In this document: positions 59,246 through 64,000 of the stretch, in pieces
Numbering within the stretch: position 1 is the stretch's first letter
How the letters are laid out: every line of letters begins with the position of its first letter
NCBI GenBank assembly: GCA_963667845.2
Contig: CAXXVL010000002.1
Location: 736,001 to 800,000, forward strand
Origin: Smithellaceae bacterium
GTDB taxonomy: Bacteria; Desulfobacterota; Syntrophia; Syntrophales; Smithellaceae
DNA: 64,000 nucleotides
Direction: 5' to 3'
Notes under the pieces: model-generated
Databases searched by the model: none
Seen by the model: the letters and a program-made list of their open reading frames with translations, nothing else
Told to the model about the DNA's origin: nothing
Position numbers and translations under genes: made by a program

Positions 59246-60479
59246 ATGAGGTATTGGAGAAGTCTGTTATGTTCTATGGTTGTTTCTGCGCTTATGGTTT
59301 GGAGCTCGCCCGCGTCCGCGGAAGAGATCGTTATCGGTTTTACCGGGCCATTGAGTGGTCCCGCCGCTGAATACGGACAGGATTGCGTGAACGGCGTCGA
59401 CATGGCCGTCAAGGAATTGAATGCGGCGGGCGGCTTTAAAGTTAAGGGGAAGAAGTACACGTTCAAACTGGAAAAACTTGATGACCGCATTGATCCGACG
59501 CTGGCGAAGAACAACGCTCTGCGATTAGTCAATCAGAGCAAAGCCATTGCGGTTTTTAACCCGATCGTTACGACACTCGCGTCGATTATGGGCATCCCCG
59601 AACAAAATTTCATTATCGTGGCTTACACCAGCATCCATACGATCCTGGAAAAAGGTCACCCGATGATTATTAATCCCGTTCCCAATTTCGTAACCTACGC
59701 GCAGTTGATGGCCGATCAGGCCTGGGAAAGCGGCTACAGGAGATGCGCCATGGTGGTGACGATGGGCGGTTACGGTGACGACCTGGCGTTCAGCATTTAA
59801 CCATTTGCGGGTCAATAAAGGTGGTCGTGTCGTTGGTGACTATCCCGCCAACTACTTTAGCGAAACGGATTTTTCCACTCAGTTATCGGCGGCACTGAAC
59901 AAGAAGCCCGATTTTCTGCTGATCGGCGGTCCTTCGGCTACCACCGTTCTGGTGATTGAACAGGCCAGAGCCATGGGATTCAAAGGCGGATTCGTCGTGA
60001 TTGACCAGGCTAAACCGGACTATATCGCGAAAGTGATTAAAGACATGAAGATGCTCGAGGGAATGATCAGCACGGGTGCCCTGAAAGATTTGCCCCTGCC
60101 GTCAGTCCCTGCTTTCGCTGCCAAATATCAGGCGGCCTATAAAAGAGACATGGGGGCTGAATGCGTACTAAATTACAACTCCATGCATGTGCTGGCGCGC
60201 ACCATTGAGGTGTCGCAATCCATTGATCCCAGGGTGATCCGCCGGAACATCTATAAAGCCCTGCCGACCGCCGGCGACAAAGTTCCCAATGAGCTATTTG
60301 CCATGAACGACAACGGTTTTATGTATTGCGGTTTGATCATGCAGCATGTCAAGAACGGCAAATTCAGCAAAGTGGATTACATTCTGGCTTTCCCGAAAAC
60401 ACACGCCGAATTTATGAAATACAAAAAGATGAGCAAGAGCAAGGAACCGGAGATGATCCGCTGGGTACCGCTTCAGTAG
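59246..60479 (+). pseudogene. LivK-type substrate-binding protein split by a one-base frameshift
   Basis: IGFTGPLSGPAAEYG...MGGYGDD then WRSAF..TDFSTQL in the next frame; extra C at 59782/59783 (GACGAC-C-TGGCGT). Confidence 0.88.
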
Positions 60480-60534
60480 CTGATCCGGTGATTATCTGAT
60501 CGGGCATCTAGATCAAAAACCGATGATAGCAGTT

Positions 60535-60568
60535 AACCCCCGTTTTCTACACAGAAAACGGGGGTTTT
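60535..60568 (+). terminator. Intrinsic terminator
   Basis: AACCCCCGTTTTCT-ACAC-AGAAAACGGGGGTTTT. Confidence 0.8.
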
Positions 60569-61029
60569 GTGTAAAAAAATGCACGCAGCGCAACGGACTT
60601 TGCAGGTCGACCCTTTCGGCATTGCCGAAGGACATGATATGCTGATAGAGCTTATAAAAAGTAATTCGCAGAATACGGCCACTTTATAAATGGAGAAACG
60701 AGATTTCTTTTTGGATGAAACATGCCCTATCCTTAATCTTCGCAATTCAAGGTTAGGGTTTGATCATTGGCTCGGCCGCGCATGCATAAATGGCTTGCCT
60801 AACTAAGCATTTATTGGTAAAAGCCCAAGTAAATCAAAGGAGACTTATCAGAAGTTATCTACTCTATACGCTGACCGACGCTAAGAAAACGATGTTCTAT
60901 ATTGAGGATATTTACGGCAAGCCGCTAACGAGGTGTTTGGTTCTCATGAAAAATAGAAAGAATTCAGAAATTAAGCCTTATCTAGAGGCACAAAATATTT
61001 TAAAATATTAAACAAGAGAGGAAAAATTT

Positions 61030-62211
61030 ATGAAAGAAGTTGTTATCGTCAGTGGTGCGAGAACGGCAATTGGTGACTACATGGGGTCCCTTTCGGGTTT
61101 CACCCCTGTTCAATTAGGAGTGACTGTTCTCAAGGCGGCTCTTGCCAAGGCGGGTATTGACAAGAATCTGGTCCAGGAAGTCGTCGCGGGTCAATGCAAC
61201 CAGGCCGGTGCGCCGGGAAACAGCGCCCGCCATATCGCTCTGGGTGCGGAATTGCCGGTCGAGTCCTTCGCGTTTACAGTCCATCAGCAGTGCCCTTCGT
61301 CCATGCGTGCGTCCGAATTACTATCCCAGGAAATTATGCTGGGCAAGATTGACGTAGGGGCGGTAGTCGGTATAGAAAGCATGAGCAATGCCCCTTATCT
61401 GCTGTTTGGCGCCCGCAAAGGCTATCGCCTCAATGACGGCGAAAAGATTCAGGACAGCCTGATGATCGGGGGTTTGGTTGATGCGCTCCTGGGTTATCAC
61501 ATGGGCATTACGGCCGATAATATCGCCGATATGTACAAGATTTCCCGTCAGGAGCAGGATGAATGGGCGCTGATGAGCCATCAGCGTGCCTGCGCCGCCA
61601 TTAAAAATGGCTTGTTCAAGGATGAAATCGTTCCTATTGAAGTGAAAACGAGAAAAGGAATGGTTATGTTTGATACTGACGAACATCCCAGATCCGATAC
61701 CAGTATGGAATCTCTCGGTAAGCTCAGACCCGCTTTCAAAAAAGATGGAACGGTTACCGCAGGCAACGCTTCAGGACTCAATGACGCCGGATCCTGCATG
61801 ATCATGATGTCTACTGAAAAGGCAAAAGAATTGGGCGTCAAACCTATTGCCAGAGTCATATCTTCTGCCCCCGGCTCCGTTGAGCCCCGCATTATGGGTA
61901 TGGGCGTTGTTCCGGCAGTCCACAATGCATTGAAGTTCGCCAAGATGAAACTGGAAGACATGGATTATTTCGAATTCAATGAAGCGTTTGCCGCCCAGGT
62001 CATTGGCTGCAACCGTGAACTGAAGATCCCGCTGGACAAGATCAACGCCGTAGGTTCCGGCATCAGCATGGGTCATCCGGTCGGTGCAACCGGCGCAAGA
62101 TTGATTATCACCATGATCAATGAACTGAAGCGTCGCGGCAAGAAACTTGGTTGTGCAGCCCTTTGCGCCAGCGGCGGCCCCGGCCATGCATTTATCGTGG
62201 AGGCACTATAA
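61030..62211 (+). CDS. Thiolase with variant active-site loops
   Basis: HQQCPSS, GNASGLNDAG, NEAF, GHPVGATG, CASGG. Confidence 0.95.
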   Translation: MKEVVIVSGARTAIGDYMGSLSGFTPVQLGVTVLKAALAKAGIDKNLVQEVVAGQCNQAGAPGNSARHIALGAELPVESFAFTVHQQCPSSMRASELLSQEIMLGKIDVGAVVGIESMSNAPYLLFGARKGYRLNDGEKIQDSLMIGGLVDALLGYHMGITADNIADMYKISRQEQDEWALMSHQRACAAIKNGLFKDEIVPIEVKTRKGMVMFDTDEHPRSDTSMESLGKLRPAFKKDGTVTAGNASGLNDAGSCMIMMSTEKAKELGVKPIARVISSAPGSVEPRIMGMGVVPAVHNALKFAKMKLEDMDYFEFNEAFAAQVIGCNRELKIPLDKINAVGSGISMGHPVGATGARLIITMINELKRRGKKLGCAALCASGGPGHAFIVEAL

Positions 62212-62365
62212 TCGTCGTCACCTTCCCTGAAAACCACGTGGAGTTGCGCTAAGACTCGCCCAGCTCCTGGTTCCCTTCGTGACAGCGGGGAAAGGTGAGC
62301 AATTTATCAATCATTATATCAAGAACATTGTGACCTTTCAGGTCGCAACGGCAGGAGGAAGCAAA

Positions 62366-63826
62366 ATGGCCCTGAAAACGCCCGAGCAGTACGAAGAAAG
62401 TTTACGCAAGATGAATTTCAAAATTTACCTGATGGGAGAGCTGGTAAAGAATTGGGTGGATAACCCGATTATCCGACCTTCCATGAATTCCGTCAAAATG
62501 ACCTATGCTCTGGCGCAAAAGCCGGAATATGAAGATCTGATGACAGCCAAGTCGCATCTGACCGGAGAAAAAATTAACCGGTTCACTCACCTTCATCAGA
62601 GCACGGAAGACCTTGTGAAGAAAGTTAAAATGCAGCGCCTGCTGGGTCAGCAGACAGCTTCCTGCTTTCAGCGCTGCGTAGGCATGGATGCCATGAATGC
62701 AGTGGACAGCACAACCTTTGAAATGGATCAGAAACTCGGCACAAAATATCATGAACGCTTTATCAACTTTCTGAAAATGGTTCAGAAAGAAGATCTGACG
62801 GTGGACGGGGCGATGACGGACGTCAAAGGCGACCGCAGCTTGGCTCCGCATCAGCAGGCCGATCCGGACCTGTTCGTCCACGTCGTCAAGAAAGACGATA
62901 AAGGAATCGTCGTGCGCGGCGCCAAAGCCCATCAGACCGGAGCAGTCAATTCCCACTGGATCCTGGTGATGCCGACAATTGCCATGAGCAAAGATGATGC
63001 GGATTACGCCGTATCGTTCGTCTGTCCTGCAGACACGGAAGGTATTTTTTACATTTACGGTCGTCAGTCCTGCGATACCCGCAAACTTGAGGGCGGCACG
63101 ATTGATGTCGGCAATGCCCAGTTCGGCGGACATGAAGCATTGATGGTTTTCGACAATGTCTTCATCCCCTGGGAAAATGTGCTGATGTGCGGCGAAACAG
63201 AATTCAGCGGCATGCTGGTTGAGCGTTTTGCTGGTTATCACCGCCAGAGCTACGGCGGCTGCAAGGTCGGCGTCGGCGATGTACTGATTGGCGCGGCGGC
63301 GCTGGCGGCGGATTACAACGGCGCGGCCAAGGCTTCCCACATCAAGGACAAACTCATCGAAATGACGCACCTCAATGAAACGCTGTTTTCCTGCGGTATC
63401 GCCTGCTCCTCGCAGGGCCATAAGACAGCCTCGGGCACTTATCTGATCGATCTGCTGCTGGCCAACGTCTGCAAGCAAAACGTTACCCGCTTTCCCTATG
63501 AGATCTGTCGTCTGGCGGAGGATATCGCCGGTGGCATGATGGTAACCATGCCCTCTGAAAAAGACATGAAACACCCTGAGCTTGGCAAGATCATCGAGAA
63601 ATATATGCAGGGCAATCCCAATAGCTGCACTGAAGATCGCGCACGCATCATGCGGCTTGTCGAAAACCTCACGCTCGGCACAGCAGCGGTTGGTTACCGT
63701 ACGGAATCCATGCACGGCGCCGGCTCGCCTCAGGCCCAGCGCATTATGATTGCCCGCCAGGGGAATCTCGAACAAAAGAAAAAGCTGGCCAAGAACATCG
63801 CCGGCATTAAAGAAGAAAAGAAATAG
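62366..63826 (+). CDS. abfD: 4-hydroxybutyryl-CoA dehydratase / vinylacetyl-CoA isomerase
   Basis: CFQRCVGMD and YHRQSYGGCK ([4Fe-4S] ligands), GAMTDVKGDR, ESMHGAGSPQAQ; AGGAGG RBS before ATG 62366. Confidence 0.92.
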   Translation: MALKTPEQYEESLRKMNFKIYLMGELVKNWVDNPIIRPSMNSVKMTYALAQKPEYEDLMTAKSHLTGEKINRFTHLHQSTEDLVKKVKMQRLLGQQTASCFQRCVGMDAMNAVDSTTFEMDQKLGTKYHERFINFLKMVQKEDLTVDGAMTDVKGDRSLAPHQQADPDLFVHVVKKDDKGIVVRGAKAHQTGAVNSHWILVMPTIAMSKDDADYAVSFVCPADTEGIFYIYGRQSCDTRKLEGGTIDVGNAQFGGHEALMVFDNVFIPWENVLMCGETEFSGMLVERFAGYHRQSYGGCKVGVGDVLIGAAALAADYNGAAKASHIKDKLIEMTHLNETLFSCGIACSSQGHKTASGTYLIDLLLANVCKQNVTRFPYEICRLAEDIAGGMMVTMPSEKDMKHPELGKIIEKYMQGNPNSCTEDRARIMRLVENLTLGTAAVGYRTESMHGAGSPQAQRIMIARQGNLEQKKKLAKNIAGIKEEKK

Positions 63827-63835
63827 TATACAAAG

Positions 63836-63878
63836 TATACAGGGCGGCCGACCACCGGCTTCCCTGTATATTTCTTTT
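63836..63878 (+). terminator. Terminator after abfD
   Basis: TATACAGGG...CCCTGTATA followed by a T-rich tract. Confidence 0.65.
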
Positions 63879-64000
63879 AAAATCAAGCGCTTTCTGCGTA
63901 TCTCCCTTCATTAAAACCGACACTGCTCTAGCGGTAATAATCAGTTGACTTGCCACTTGTTTCTTCTGTATATTCTATTAAATGATATTATGTTTTTTAT

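Noticed and set aside
60585..60640. c-di-GMP-I-like words on the minus strand (GGCAA..GAAA..GCAAAG)
   Set aside because: P2 and P3 cannot be formed convincingly, and no downstream gene is on that strand.
62402..63886. 494-aa antisense ORF
   Set aside because: Shadow of abfD; no motifs or RBS; expected from codon bias.

Overview
A 64-kb chromosomal window from an anaerobic bacterium. Gene content suggests a Deltaproteobacteria/Syntrophales-like fatty-acid or aromatic degrader, but that assignment is inference only. Housekeeping genes: mreBCD-mrdA (partial), a ppiD-like gene, divergent tRNA-Ala(GGC) and tRNA-Leu(CAA), class II ribonucleotide reductase nrdJ with tandem NrdR boxes, a two-subunit pyruvate carboxylase and cstA. 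Acyl-CoA metabolism genes are dense: two thiolases, a crotonase, a FabK/NMO-like flavoprotein, a 4-hydroxybutyrate CoA-transferase-like enzyme, 4-hydroxybutyryl-CoA dehydratase, and a pair of class III CoA-transferases inside a Liv-type ABC operon. Main highlights: (1) a stand-alone MtrA/DmsE decaheme cytochrome plus MtrB/PioB porin with no MtrC or terminal reductase; (2) a CoA-transferase domain lacking its catalytic Glu and fused to a GNAT, a candidate acyl-CoA-sensing acetyltransferase; (3) an active-plus-inactive class III CoA-transferase pair coupled to an ABC importer; (4) a TPM-nucleotidyltransferase-like-LemA operon; (5) a six-PAS hybrid kinase whose receiver has Asp replaced by Glu; (6) a secreted barnase-like RNase with barstar. 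Several decayed remnants missed by the ORF track were also seen (CFI-box-CTERM, CsbD, BNR/Asp-box), plus a frameshifted solute-binding gene. No CRISPR, rRNA, integrase or transposase was recognised.
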